This document shows positions 1 to 9,067 of a stretch of DNA of 64,000 nt, piece after piece. The stretch is taken from NCBI GenBank assembly GCA_964519835.1, contig CAZFLD010000002.1, positions 73,730 to 137,729 on the forward strand, in the 5' to 3' direction. Each line of letters starts with the position of its first letter. The first letter of the stretch is position 1. Made by a program: the position numbers and the translations under genes. A model generated the notes under the pieces. That model was not told the DNA's origin and ran no database searches. It worked only from the letters and a program-made list of their open reading frames with translations. The DNA comes from an uncultured Spirochaetales bacterium. Its GTDB lineage: Bacteria > Spirochaetota > Spirochaetia > DSM-27196 > CAZFLD01.

Positions 1-33
1 GAGCTCGATATAGCCGGCGCAAAGCGTGTTGAC

Positions 34-786
34 GTGGAATACCTCATCTCCATTGCCGGCGTCCTGCTGGCGGAGGATTCTCCGATCTCATCCGACGGCC
101 GGACGGAACTCGATTCGATACAAGCGCGCCTAAGGACGTTGAGAGATACGGCCGCCCGCGACAACACACCGGCCCTACGACGCGTGATAAACGGAGCAAG
201 ACACCTGCTCTACGCGGAAACGGGGGAATCTCCCGCCGAATGGGACTTGCTGCCCCGTGACAAAGACGTCGAGGGCGACACGGATTTGGCCACCGCCTCT
301 CGCGGCATCCTTTCGCAATGCGGTCTCTATCTCGACGATATTCGATCTCCGTTTAACGTCGGATCGATCCTGAGAACTGCGGAGGCGTTTGGCGTCGGCG
401 CCGTCTATTTGTCGTCTATGACGCCGGGTCCCGAGCATCCGCGGGTCGGACGAACCGCACGCGGGGCGGAGAAACGGCTCCGAGTCGAGCGGCTGGACAG
501 TCCGAGTCGGGTGGAGGCACCTGCGGCGATTTTTGCCCTTGAAACAGGCGGGGCGCCCGTTTCGGAGTTTTTGTTTCCGCGCTCGGGTGTGATGGTTGTG
601 GGATCGGAAGAGCTGGGTGTCGAGCCGAACCTCCTGGCGCGGTGCCGGGAGGCTGCAGGCGTTGTCGAACTGCCGACGGTGGGGCCAAAGGTCTCTATTA
701 ACGTATCCGTCGCCGTGGGAATCGCAGTCTACGAGTGGTCCCGAAGCCTACTCGGTCCCCGAGCCGCCCTACTTTGCCACGGTTAG
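34..786 (+). CDS. SpoU/TrmH-family RNA 2'-O-methyltransferase (possibly 5'-partial)
   Basis: SpoU-fold motifs in the C-terminal half (FNVGSILRTAEAFGV, MVVGSEELGV, SINVSVAVGIAVYEW). GTG 34 is the first start in the window, but the frame is open back to nt 1, so the gene may begin upstream. Confidence 0.8.
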   Translation: MEYLISIAGVLLAEDSPISSDGRTELDSIQARLRTLRDTAARDNTPALRRVINGARHLLYAETGESPAEWDLLPRDKDVEGDTDLATASRGILSQCGLYLDDIRSPFNVGSILRTAEAFGVGAVYLSSMTPGPEHPRVGRTARGAEKRLRVERLDSPSRVEAPAAIFALETGGAPVSEFLFPRSGVMVVGSEELGVEPNLLARCREAAGVVELPTVGPKVSINVSVAVGIAVYEWSRSLLGPRAALLCHG

Positions 787-1199
787 GGATTTAGCACGAT
801 CTCGTATTTGATTTCGGTGGCTTTGCTTAGCATGGCCGTCACGCCGCAGTAGACATCCTGCGAGAGGTCCACCGCCTTTTCGATTTTCTCTTTGTCGAGC
901 TCGGAGCCGGTGAACACGTAGCGGATGCGGATCTCGGTGTAGACCTTGGGATGCTGGTCCGCAAGATCGCTATCGACTTCCACTGCGAAGCTGTCGTAGG
1001 GCATCCGCATTTTTTTGAGGATCGATGCGACGTCCATGCCGGTGCAGCCGGCAAGCGCGGAAAGCAGGAGTCCCTTCGGCCGTGGACCACGGTCCTGTCC
1101 GCCCACCGCCTCCACTGCATCGATGGTAAAGTGGTGGCCGTGAAGCTCTACGTCGAATGATAGCCCCTCTTCCTGGACCGCCCGTGTGCTGTCGCTCAT
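783..1199 (-). CDS. OsmC/Ohr-family peroxiredoxin-like protein
   Basis: 138 aa with the OsmC pattern (GPRPKGLLLSALAGCTGMDV ... VYCGVTAML, two conserved Cys). AGGAGGAG lies just upstream of the ATG. The stop overlaps convergent gene 1 by 4 nt. Confidence 0.85.
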   Translation of the reverse strand: MSDSTRAVQEEGLSFDVELHGHHFTIDAVEAVGGQDRGPRPKGLLLSALAGCTGMDVASILKKMRMPYDSFAVEVDSDLADQHPKVYTEIRIRYVFTGSELDKEKIEKAVDLSQDVYCGVTAMLSKATEIKYEIVLNP

Positions 1200-1242
1200 T
1201 GCTCCTCCTATACCCCGATTTGCGGCATTGCCGCTTGCGTTG

Positions 1243-1473
1243 CTATCGTTTTAGGGCGCGTTCGATCTCCGGCTTGTTGAATCCGACGATGATCCTCCCG
1301 TTAATATCGATCACCGGAACGCCGGCTTGCCCCGACTTTTTCTGCATTTCCGCAGCCCTGCGCTCGTCGCGAGCCACGTTGTATTCGGTAAAGGGAATTC
1401 GATTTTCTCTGAAGTAGGTCTTGGCCTTTGTGCAGAAGCTGCACGTCGGTGTTGTGTATAGCTTGATTGCCAC
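1243..1473 (-). CDS. Glutaredoxin/NrdH-like small thioredoxin-fold protein
   Basis: CxxC motif (TPTCSFCTKAK) and GVPVIDING. Start moved to GTG 1473 because GGAGGA lies 6 nt upstream; the track ORF starts at 1497. Confidence 0.8.
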   Translation of the reverse strand: MAIKLYTTPTCSFCTKAKTYFRENRIPFTEYNVARDERRAAEMQKKSGQAGVPVIDINGRIIVGFNKPEIERALKR

Positions 1474-1519
1474 AGTATTCCTCCGGCGGCGCCCCAAGCG
1501 CCTTGAGTTTTATATGCGG

Positions 1520-1548
1520 AAAATACTATATAACAAACCGTCGGTCAA
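1520..1548 (-). promoter_or_regulatory. Candidate sigma70-type promoter for the glutaredoxin-like/OsmC genes
   Basis: TTGACC-17 nt-TATTTT on the minus strand in an AT-rich patch, about 46 nt upstream of the GTG start. Pattern match only. Confidence 0.35.
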
Positions 1549-1591
1549 CGGTCGAACCGGAGTCCCGCGTGGTGGCGGCCGCGTATCCGTG

Positions 1592-3076
1592 CTAGAGGAC
1601 GGCCTCTCTCTGGAACGCCTCGGAGAGGCGACTGCTCATGCGCTCGAGATGAGTTTCGTCCGCGATACTAAGCGCCCTGAGGACCTTAGGATCGAACTGA
1701 TCAAACGCCACCCCGCCCTCTTCGTAGTTGCAAAACGCATTGGCCATGTACACCGCGTACACTACGTCACGGTCACTTTGGGGCGCCGAGTTGGGATTGT
1801 GGTGGTAGCGAATGGCGGACACCAGCGGATCCGGAAAGTTCCACTTTTCGGCAATCAAGGCGCCGATCTCCGAGTGGTTCAAGCCGGTAGATAGATCTTC
1901 GAACAAATCGGCAGGAATGCTCTTTTCCCGGCAAAACCGAGTGATCTTTTTAATAAGATCCGGATGTACTGAAGAAAAGATTATCTTGCCCATGTCGTGA
2001 AGAATCCCACCGACATATACATCGTCAAGAATCTCTTTCTTACGCATAAGGTTGCGCGCAATGCTGTACGCGTAAAATGCGGTTCGGTAGGAGTGCTCCC
2101 AAAGCTGTTTGGTGTCCGGCGAGTCGGTGCCGAGGATTCTCTGCGTGCCATAGGAGTACAGTAGATTCTTGATACCGCGCATTCCCATGTACTTCACCGC
2201 TTCCACGATGTTGTCCACCTTCTTGGGCAACATAAACTGCGCAGAGTTGACCTGCTTAAGCAGATCGGCGGTAAGCGAGGGATCCATGCTGACCTGACGG
2301 GCGATATCTTGGATGTTTGTTTCCGGATTGCTGATCATGTGCTGAAGCTGCGTAACATTCTCCGGAAACTGCGGAAGCGATTCGATTTCTTTGACAATCT
2401 CCTGCGACATCATGTCTAGGTTCTCGAGCCTGACCTGCGACATGGGAACGGTGAGGCGGGCGACTGTTTCGCCGTTTTCGGTATCGATGTCGAAGGCGTC
2501 CTCATCCAAACCGATTTTTTTGAGCATAAGCACAAGAATGACGATTCCCAGACCGGCACCTTCGGAATCGTCGAGGACTGTCGACAGGGCCTCTTCCAAA
2601 GAGTCGAATGCGCGGGATCGCGCAATACGATCGTAGATGCGGATCTGCTCTTTTTTGGTAATCGCACTGTTATTGACGATAAAAAGGTTCAAGAGCTGAC
2701 CCTTCGCGTGAAAAATAACCTTGATGTAGAGCCCTGCGCCCTTCTGTAGCTCGAGGTAGTGATTGATGTTCTCCAAGGTCTCTTGCTTGAAGTGCGTCAT
2801 GCCCTGCTTATACTCGTCCTCCTTGAGGATGTCTAGCCCTTTCTCTTTGAAGTAGACACGTTTGGTATTGGCCTTTTTGGCGTTAACGGCCAGTTCCCGG
2901 AGGCAGTAGGCCAGTGCATCACGGAGCTTGTCCTGACCCATCTCTTTGAGGAATATTCCGAGGATCTCTTCGAGATAGACCTCGGTATCGTGCGGTAGGG
3001 TGTACGACTTAACCGTCAACGGAATACCGTTTCGGGCGGCCTGCAGGACCTTTTTACTGTCAACTTGTTTTGCCAT
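1592..3076 (-). CDS. Histidine-kinase-like ATPase domain fused to HDOD domain (signalling protein)
   Basis: N-terminal half has N-box-like ELAVNAKKAN and G-box-like DDSEGAGLGIVIL. C-terminal half has HDOD motifs (GGILHDMGKIIF, HSEIGALIAEKWNFP). ATG 3076 is preferred (GGAG 7 nt upstream); the track start is GTG 3088. Confidence 0.75.
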   Translation of the reverse strand: MAKQVDSKKVLQAARNGIPLTVKSYTLPHDTEVYLEEILGIFLKEMGQDKLRDALAYCLRELAVNAKKANTKRVYFKEKGLDILKEDEYKQGMTHFKQETLENINHYLELQKGAGLYIKVIFHAKGQLLNLFIVNNSAITKKEQIRIYDRIARSRAFDSLEEALSTVLDDSEGAGLGIVILVLMLKKIGLDEDAFDIDTENGETVARLTVPMSQVRLENLDMMSQEIVKEIESLPQFPENVTQLQHMISNPETNIQDIARQVSMDPSLTADLLKQVNSAQFMLPKKVDNIVEAVKYMGMRGIKNLLYSYGTQRILGTDSPDTKQLWEHSYRTAFYAYSIARNLMRKKEILDDVYVGGILHDMGKIIFSSVHPDLIKKITRFCREKSIPADLFEDLSTGLNHSEIGALIAEKWNFPDPLVSAIRYHHNPNSAPQSDRDVVYAVYMANAFCNYEEGGVAFDQFDPKVLRALSIADETHLERMSSRLSEAFQREAVL

Positions 3077-3189
3077 CAGCCACTCCACTGCTCAAAGGCA
3101 GGCTACGTGTGAGAGTAGGGTTCCGACCAACGTGTGTCAAGAACGAGCCGTCACGCCGGTCATGCCAAGCCGGCGCACCGGTCCGGGCT

Positions 3190-5658
3190 CTACGAGCTGC
3201 CGAACTCCTTCATGGTACGCGCCATCTCTTGGAGCCGCTTTTCAACCAACGAGTTTACCGTTCCGGCCTTGAACGTGCCTCTCTGGGTTCGCCGGCCGGC
3301 TTCCAGGCCGGTTAGGATCTCGAGACCTTCATTTACGGTCTCAACTCCGTAGACGTGAAACATCCCGTTGGCAATGGCCTGTTCCACTTCTCGGTTCAGG
3401 ATGACGTTTTCGATGTTTTTTCGGGGAATAATAACACCCTGGCTCCCGGTCAAGCCGACCTGCTTGCAGATGGCGTAGAAGCCCTCGATTTTCTCGCTTA
3501 CGCCACCGACGGCCTGGATGTCACCCATCTGGTTTACAGACCCCGTCACCGCTACATCCTGCCGCAGCGGAACCTCGGCGATGGCCGAGAGCAACACGTA
3601 GATCTCCGTGGACGAGGCCGAGTCGCCGTCGACTTCGATGTAGGATTGCTCGAAGCAAACGCTGGCCCGGATCGAGATTGGGAAGTTCCGGGCGTAGGTG
3701 GACTGCAAAAAGCCTTCGAGAATGTATACACCCTTGTCGTGAATCTCTCCCGACAGGCCGCTTTCCCGCTCAATGTTGATTATACCGTCGTTTCCCGGCG
3801 AGACACGGGCCGTTATCACCATCGGTCGCGCAAAGGCGTAGTAGCCACGGTCGAGTACCGCCAAGCCGTTGATTCTGCCGACGGCATTGTCGCGAAACGA
3901 GATAATCAGCTCTCCGGAGAGGATCTCCTCATCGATCTTCTCCTCGGGCAAGTTGTGCATGTGGCTCCGCTCGCTTTGTGCGCGGCGCACCGCCTCGTCA
4001 TCGATGATGTTCTTACCCATTTTGCCTGCCCAGTAGTCGGCCTCGCGAATCAGATCGGCGATAATGCCAAACCGTGTCGACAGCTTGCTGCGAAACTCCG
4101 ACATACGAACGCCCTGACGCACTATCGCGGCTATGCCTCCGTGGTCGAGGGGTTTGAGGCCCTCGTCGCTTGTGATCAGTCTGGTGAAGCCGATGTACCG
4201 GGTAACCGCTTCATCCGTACGTTCCATGGAGGAGTCGAATTCCGCCGGCACCTTAAAGAGCTTCTGGAACTCTTCGTCGGTGTTGTAGAGAGCGTCGTAG
4301 ATGTTCTCGCTCCCCATGACAACCACTTTGACGTCGACCTTCACCGGCGCGGGGCTTAATCCGGATGCCTGCATGTTAAATGGGCCGGGCTGATTGCGGA
4401 TCTCCACAACCCCGTCCTGCAGCGCGCGCTTGAGGGCGTTCCAGGAGTCCTCGTCGCTCAGAATATCTTCGGCTCGCAGGATCAGGTAGCCACCGGAAGC
4501 TTGGATCAGGGAGCCTGCACGAATGTTGACAAAGCTGGTGTGCGGATCACCGTGGGGATCGAAGGTTTGATCCTGCCGACCCACAAGGCGGTGGTAGTCC
4601 GGCTGGCGCTCGAAGATCACCGGGACTCCTTGGGTCTCGCCGTGGTCGAGCACCACGTTGACGTCGTAGCGTTGGCGAGGGGGGTTGCCAAGCTCGTCCT
4701 TCGGCGGCGCATCGGGAAGAAACAGTGCACTGCTTTCCACAATATCGGCTGCGGCTCGATCCAGATAAGACACGACGATAGGATCGTCGAACTCTTTTTT
4801 GATGCCTTCGATCGCCTCGTCGACCTTCGGCTTGAGTGTCTTGGCGCGAAGATCCGATATACTCTCCTCGACTTCGTTCCGCTTCTTGCGCAGATCGCGG
4901 TACAAATGCTCCATTTCGTCCAGGTGCTTGTAATACCGCTCGCGCATGCTTTCCCAATGGTCGGGTTCAAGGCGTCCTTCGGAAACGTGCTTCTGAAGCT
5001 CCTGAAAATCCACGGCCTCGCCGTCCACGACCGGTACAATGTCGCTCCGCATATCCTGATTCTCGTCGCCTTCCAGTTGTACTATCCGGAACCCATCCCG
5101 GCGGAGTCGGTTTTCGAATTCGGCGAGTGTTCGACTCTCCTGCCCTTCGGTTTCGACGAGAAGCTTGTCACGAGTCTCGCGAAAACTCAGATCCTGGAAC
5201 AAGGCGCGAACTTCCGAGGCCAGCTCGTCGGTGAGTTTTCTCATACGATCCTTGAACTCCGCCCCCCGGCCCTTTGGGAAGTAGAGGACCTCGGGCGCAT
5301 CGGGCCGATTGAAGTTGTGAACAAACGCAATATCGAGAAGTTTACGTTTTTCCGGCATCACGGCTGCGAGCATCTTGGTGATGGCCGTGCGCTTGCCGGT
5401 GCCGGCCATACCGGTAGCAAATACATTGTAGCCCTTCGCGTGCACTTGAATCGCCATCTCCAGCGCCTTTAGGGCACGGGGCTGGCCTATAACGTCAAAC
5501 ACCTTGCCCCCGTCGTCTAGAGCCGCGACATCACTCGGTGCAATGTCAAAAGACAGCTGGTCGTGGTTTATTACCAGGCTACGAATACGCTCCACGACGG
5601 CGGTGTCGCCCGGCGACGGCGACTCCGAGGTGCGGGGAGTCTTAGGATCTTGTGCCAT
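3190..5658 (-). CDS. Lon-like (LonC/COG1067-type) protease with AAA-like N-terminal domain
   Basis: 822 aa. It has a Walker-A-like GMAGTGKRT, a helical insertion of about 300 aa, GGYLILRAEDIL, and a C-terminal Lon protease domain with intact Ser/Lys contexts (VDGDSASSTEIY ... GGVSEKIEGF). Confidence 0.85.
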   Translation of the reverse strand: MAQDPKTPRTSESPSPGDTAVVERIRSLVINHDQLSFDIAPSDVAALDDGGKVFDVIGQPRALKALEMAIQVHAKGYNVFATGMAGTGKRTAITKMLAAVMPEKRKLLDIAFVHNFNRPDAPEVLYFPKGRGAEFKDRMRKLTDELASEVRALFQDLSFRETRDKLLVETEGQESRTLAEFENRLRRDGFRIVQLEGDENQDMRSDIVPVVDGEAVDFQELQKHVSEGRLEPDHWESMRERYYKHLDEMEHLYRDLRKKRNEVEESISDLRAKTLKPKVDEAIEGIKKEFDDPIVVSYLDRAAADIVESSALFLPDAPPKDELGNPPRQRYDVNVVLDHGETQGVPVIFERQPDYHRLVGRQDQTFDPHGDPHTSFVNIRAGSLIQASGGYLILRAEDILSDEDSWNALKRALQDGVVEIRNQPGPFNMQASGLSPAPVKVDVKVVVMGSENIYDALYNTDEEFQKLFKVPAEFDSSMERTDEAVTRYIGFTRLITSDEGLKPLDHGGIAAIVRQGVRMSEFRSKLSTRFGIIADLIREADYWAGKMGKNIIDDEAVRRAQSERSHMHNLPEEKIDEEILSGELIISFRDNAVGRINGLAVLDRGYYAFARPMVITARVSPGNDGIINIERESGLSGEIHDKGVYILEGFLQSTYARNFPISIRASVCFEQSYIEVDGDSASSTEIYVLLSAIAEVPLRQDVAVTGSVNQMGDIQAVGGVSEKIEGFYAICKQVGLTGSQGVIIPRKNIENVILNREVEQAIANGMFHVYGVETVNEGLEILTGLEAGRRTQRGTFKAGTVNSLVEKRLQEMARTMKEFGSS

Positions 5659-5687
5659 GTGGATATTGTAGTGACTCTGGAGAACGA

Positions 5688-5717
5688 TGGACAGGGAAAA
5701 GCGTGGCCGCCTATAAT
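5688..5717 (+). promoter_or_regulatory. Candidate promoter for NIF3 gene (possibly leaderless mRNA)
   Basis: TGGACA (5688-5693), 18 nt, TATAAT (5712-5717). The -10 element ends 7 nt before ATG 5725. Confidence 0.4.
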
Positions 5718-5724
5718 TCCGGAG

Positions 5725-6501
5725 ATGTTGTTACGAAATCTGGACAAAAAACTCCAAGAAACGTTCTATGGACCGCCCAACGCGCCGCTACGGACCATTC
5801 CGCCCGATGTTGCGCTCAACGGGCTCCAGGTGGGCCGGTGGGACAAAGAGGTCAAACGAGTAGCCTGCGCCGTGGATGCCGCGGCCGAGACAATTAAACG
5901 TGCGATTGCCTGGAAGGCCGACATGCTGTTTGTCCATCACGGCCTATACTGGGGTCACGTCTACCCTCTGGTGGGGTACGCCCACGAACGATTTCGCCTC
6001 CTTTTTGCAAATGACCTATCCCTCTATGCGTTACACTTGCCTTTAGACGTCCATGCAACACTCGGAAACAACGCGGGCATGGTTGCGAGATTGCAGTTGC
6101 AGGATAAAAGACCCTTCGGCGAGTACAAGGGCAAGCCCATCGGTTTTGCCGGACGTCTTCCCGAGCCGCGTGCCGTTGATTGGGTGATCGAACGGCTTTT
6201 CGGGAGCCGGTCGCAGGTATTGGGTGTGTTAGACTTTGGACCGGAGAGCGTGTCGACGGTTGGAATCGTTTCCGGTGGCGCTCCACGGGAAGTGGAGGAG
6301 GCGATCGCAGCGGGTCTGGATATGTTTATCACCGGCGACGCCTCCCACGAGATCTACCACGCCTGCCTCGAAGCCGGAGTTAACGTTGTATTTGGTGGCC
6401 ACTACGCAACCGAGACGTGGGGAGCGCGGGCGGTGGCGGATTACCTGTCGACGATCGACGGAATAGATGCCACCTTTATGGACGTACCAACGGGGCTGTG
6501 A
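5725..6501 (+). CDS. NIF3/YbgI-family dinuclear metal centre protein
   Basis: Motifs DMLFVHHGLYWG, YALHLPLD, ITGDASHE, GGHYATETWG. Start set to ATG 5725; the track ORF start (5563) would overlap the divergent Lon-like gene. Confidence 0.85.
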   Translation: MLLRNLDKKLQETFYGPPNAPLRTIPPDVALNGLQVGRWDKEVKRVACAVDAAAETIKRAIAWKADMLFVHHGLYWGHVYPLVGYAHERFRLLFANDLSLYALHLPLDVHATLGNNAGMVARLQLQDKRPFGEYKGKPIGFAGRLPEPRAVDWVIERLFGSRSQVLGVLDFGPESVSTVGIVSGGAPREVEEAIAAGLDMFITGDASHEIYHACLEAGVNVVFGGHYATETWGARAVADYLSTIDGIDATFMDVPTGL

Positions 6502-6504
6502 GGC

Positions 6505-7059
6505 TTGGCCCGCAAAGAAAAACCGGCGAGGAACACATTGACTGCGGACCTAAAACGAAAACTCCTACCATTTATGCTATCTGCGCTACTTATCGTCGTC
6601 GACCAGATTACAAAGGCGCTGATTGTCGCCAACGTGGATTTGCACACGGTGGGCGTTTCGCTGTTCGACGGGTTTCTACGAATCATCCACACCCGAAACC
6701 TCGGGATTGCCTTCTCGATCGGGGTGGGACTGCCTGAGGTGCTGCGAACCATCCTATTTGTCGCACTGCCCAAAGCCGTTTTGGCGTTTTTGGTCGTCTA
6801 CTACTTCAAGACCAAGGACCTGACGCGGTTTCAGCACTGGGCCATCGCCGGCATTCTCGGCGGTGGCTTGGGAAACATCATCGACCGAATCTTCCGACCC
6901 GCCGGAGTGGTCGATTTTATCGATGTTCGGTTTTTCGGCATCTTCGGATGGGACCGATGGCCGACCTTTAACGTTGCCGATGCATCCGTAGTGGTGTGCG
7001 GCATTCTCCTTGTCGTATCAACGCTCTTCCAGCCGAAACCCCAAACGGAGTTACAATGA
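6505..7059 (+). CDS. lspA: Lipoprotein signal peptidase (signal peptidase II)
   Basis: Motifs VVDQITK, NLGIAFS, GGGLGNIIDRI, VVDFIDV, WPTFNVADASV, including both catalytic Asp contexts. TTG start 3 nt after the NIF3 stop. Confidence 0.85.
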   Translation: MARKEKPARNTLTADLKRKLLPFMLSALLIVVDQITKALIVANVDLHTVGVSLFDGFLRIIHTRNLGIAFSIGVGLPEVLRTILFVALPKAVLAFLVVYYFKTKDLTRFQHWAIAGILGGGLGNIIDRIFRPAGVVDFIDVRFFGIFGWDRWPTFNVADASVVVCGILLVVSTLFQPKPQTELQ

Positions 7060-7337
7060 ACAAAAAGACAAACACGGTACTGTTTATCCTCGGCGCGACC
7101 GTAGTGAATATCGTGATCATGCTCGCGATCTTTATCGGCCTCTTTGTACTGTACGCGCGATTTGTGGCGCCCACCGTATCGACGACCATTAATCAGCTCA
7201 TCACATTTGTGATCTTTATCGGCTCGGTTGCGCTGACTTACCTCATCTATCACCGGCTGATCAAGCTACTGTCGAAGAAAATGGATATGGATAAGCACTT
7301 TGATCCGATCTTCCGGTCAAAGAAAAAGCCCGAGTAG
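7056..7337 (+). CDS. Small membrane protein (2 predicted TM helices), unknown function
   Basis: 93 aa with two long hydrophobic segments and Lys-rich termini. The ATG overlaps the lspA stop (ATGA), with GGAG 5 nt upstream. No family recognised. Confidence 0.6.
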   Translation: MNKKTNTVLFILGATVVNIVIMLAIFIGLFVLYARFVAPTVSTTINQLITFVIFIGSVALTYLIYHRLIKLLSKKMDMDKHFDPIFRSKKKPE

Positions 7338-7352
7338 CGCGCCTATGGCGCG
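7338..7352. terminator. Short GC hairpin between convergent genes (weak bidirectional terminator candidate)
   Basis: CGCGCC-TAT-GGCGCG (6-bp stem, 3-nt loop) directly after the TAG at 7335-7337. No adjacent U-tract. Confidence 0.25.
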
Positions 7353-7364
7353 ACGGGCAGTCGA

Positions 7365-8996
7365 CTAATAGCCGTCGGACATGGCGCGGTTTTGATCCTT
7401 TTTGTATAGCTCGGAGTACACAAAACCGCGGTTTTTGAGCTTGTCCTTGATGTCCTGCGGAAAAGGGGCGTATCGCCAGAGCACACCTCGGGCGCCGCGT
7501 TCGAGTTTCTGCGTGCCCTCGCTCTCTTTGGTAATCCAGAGAATGTAGTCCTGAATAAACTGCTCGCGGACGTCGCCCTTTTTCTTTTCCTCCGTAAACC
7601 ACTGGTAGTACCAGCCGGTGAGTCCCTCTTCCATCCAGTAGTGCTGCGCCTTCTCCTTCGCCACCTGCCAACGCAGGTCACCAAGCGCCGCGACTACGGC
7701 CATTCGAACATCCTTTGCGTACATGGGAATCGCGAGACGACCGCGACTCGTAGCCCGGTTGAACCGCTCGAAAGGCTCCCAACAGACGCCCAACTCGCCG
7801 TAACACGGCACCAGCACCACGTTGGGGACTATGCGATTGGTTTGCTGCTTGAATGTTCGCAGGAACACACCCGGATCGAGATACTCGCAGTCCGCGAGGG
7901 TATTTAGCACGTTTTCTCTTGTGCCGATATCCTTGATCGTGCCACGGAAATACTGTTTCATTAGAATGGGGAAGTGGTTTCCTTGGCGGCCGACACACAG
8001 CTTTGCCATTTGCCTAACCGTCTTCATTTCTTCCACCACGCCCTTTGAGTCGACGTCGTCAAACCCCTCGTCTCCAATCTCAGACTCTTTTTCCTTGAGG
8101 GAATCGAGGTTGCTCTTTACCCCATCGAGCTCCCGATAGAACCGTTCCGCCTCTTTGTTCATCGTGCCAAGGCGGCGAATAATCGTCGTTATCTCGCCAA
8201 GGAGGGACCGTTGGCTTTCAGTGTAGGTGTCCGGAAGTCCGCCGAGGTCGTCTCTGATGTCGTGAATGGTCAAGAGGTCGGCCTTTTCTTTGAGGTTTGC
8301 CTCCAACGACACGATCTCGTCCATCTTGTTGCGAATCAGCGTCTCGTGCGCCTCGACTTTCCCCTGGGTCTTTTGGAGCTGGACTGCAACACGAGCGCCG
8401 CTGCTTTTGGCGGCGTTTTTTGTTTCGTCGGTTGCCGAGCCACTTATGTTCCCGCGACCGACCTCCCGGAGCCAGTCGTCCACGTAGAAAATGGGCTCGT
8501 CCGATGTGTTCTCGAAGATGATTCGGGAGATTGTCTTTCGTTGCTCCGCAGAGATCGTCGTCGGAAGCAGCAAACCAAACCGCAACATCAGTCTCTTTGG
8601 CAAGGGAAGCTTGGTGTGGACCTTTGCCGCGATGCTGTTGGCCAGTTCCCAATAGGCAGGAATAAGCCTACTGCGATGGAGCGACCTATCCTTTGGGTCT
8701 TTTGCGGACAAAAAGTCCGCCAAGAGCTGGTGGACGCGTTTTGCGACATCGCCCTCGCCGCCTAAGACCTTTTTATAGAAGTCTTTGTCGGCAAAGTACG
8801 GTTGTGGAGGCCCCTCGATTCGCTCCGGCCGTCGAAAGGCATCCCGGCTGTCGTCAACATCCTCGAGGTCACCCGCCGGAGCCTCGTCAAAAAGATCTTG
8901 GAAATCGGGGACCTCTTGGTCGTCGCCGGGCGATTCTATCAAGCCGTCCAGGTCGAGATCATCGTCTGTGGCTGCTCCGTTGGTTGGGTCACTCAT
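7365..8996 (-). CDS. Hypothetical protein, 543 aa (acidic N-terminus, coiled-coil-like middle, Trp/Tyr-rich C-terminal domain)
   Basis: Long ORF with coding-like composition; no family recognised. Start set to ATG 8996 because the track ORF (to 9110) reads through the tRNA gene. Confidence 0.7.
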   Translation of the reverse strand: MSDPTNGAATDDDLDLDGLIESPGDDQEVPDFQDLFDEAPAGDLEDVDDSRDAFRRPERIEGPPQPYFADKDFYKKVLGGEGDVAKRVHQLLADFLSAKDPKDRSLHRSRLIPAYWELANSIAAKVHTKLPLPKRLMLRFGLLLPTTISAEQRKTISRIIFENTSDEPIFYVDDWLREVGRGNISGSATDETKNAAKSSGARVAVQLQKTQGKVEAHETLIRNKMDEIVSLEANLKEKADLLTIHDIRDDLGGLPDTYTESQRSLLGEITTIIRRLGTMNKEAERFYRELDGVKSNLDSLKEKESEIGDEGFDDVDSKGVVEEMKTVRQMAKLCVGRQGNHFPILMKQYFRGTIKDIGTRENVLNTLADCEYLDPGVFLRTFKQQTNRIVPNVVLVPCYGELGVCWEPFERFNRATSRGRLAIPMYAKDVRMAVVAALGDLRWQVAKEKAQHYWMEEGLTGWYYQWFTEEKKKGDVREQFIQDYILWITKESEGTQKLERGARGVLWRYAPFPQDIKDKLKNRGFVYSELYKKDQNRAMSDGY

Positions 8997-9067
8997 GATC
9001 GTCTGTTCGCGAACGCCGTGGCCGTGTGGCTTGAAGTAGAATCCGGCTATCCGACATGGAAAGGGGT

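Noticed and set aside
3190-5658. The Lon-like protease as BrxL of a BREX system.
   Set aside because: No PglX methyltransferase, PglZ, BrxA/B/C or similar genes lie nearby. The neighbours are NIF3, lspA and signalling or redox genes.
5563-5724. Upstream extensions of several track ORFs taken at face value (5563 NIF3, 16373 MoxR, 27980 MoxR2, 29043 DUF58-2, 37531 DUF4914-like, 55587 hydrolase, 6996 small membrane protein, 9555 MshEN-like).
   Set aside because: Each extension overlaps the preceding gene or a divergent gene, has shadow-like composition, and contains an internal start with a better context. I trimmed the coordinates accordingly.
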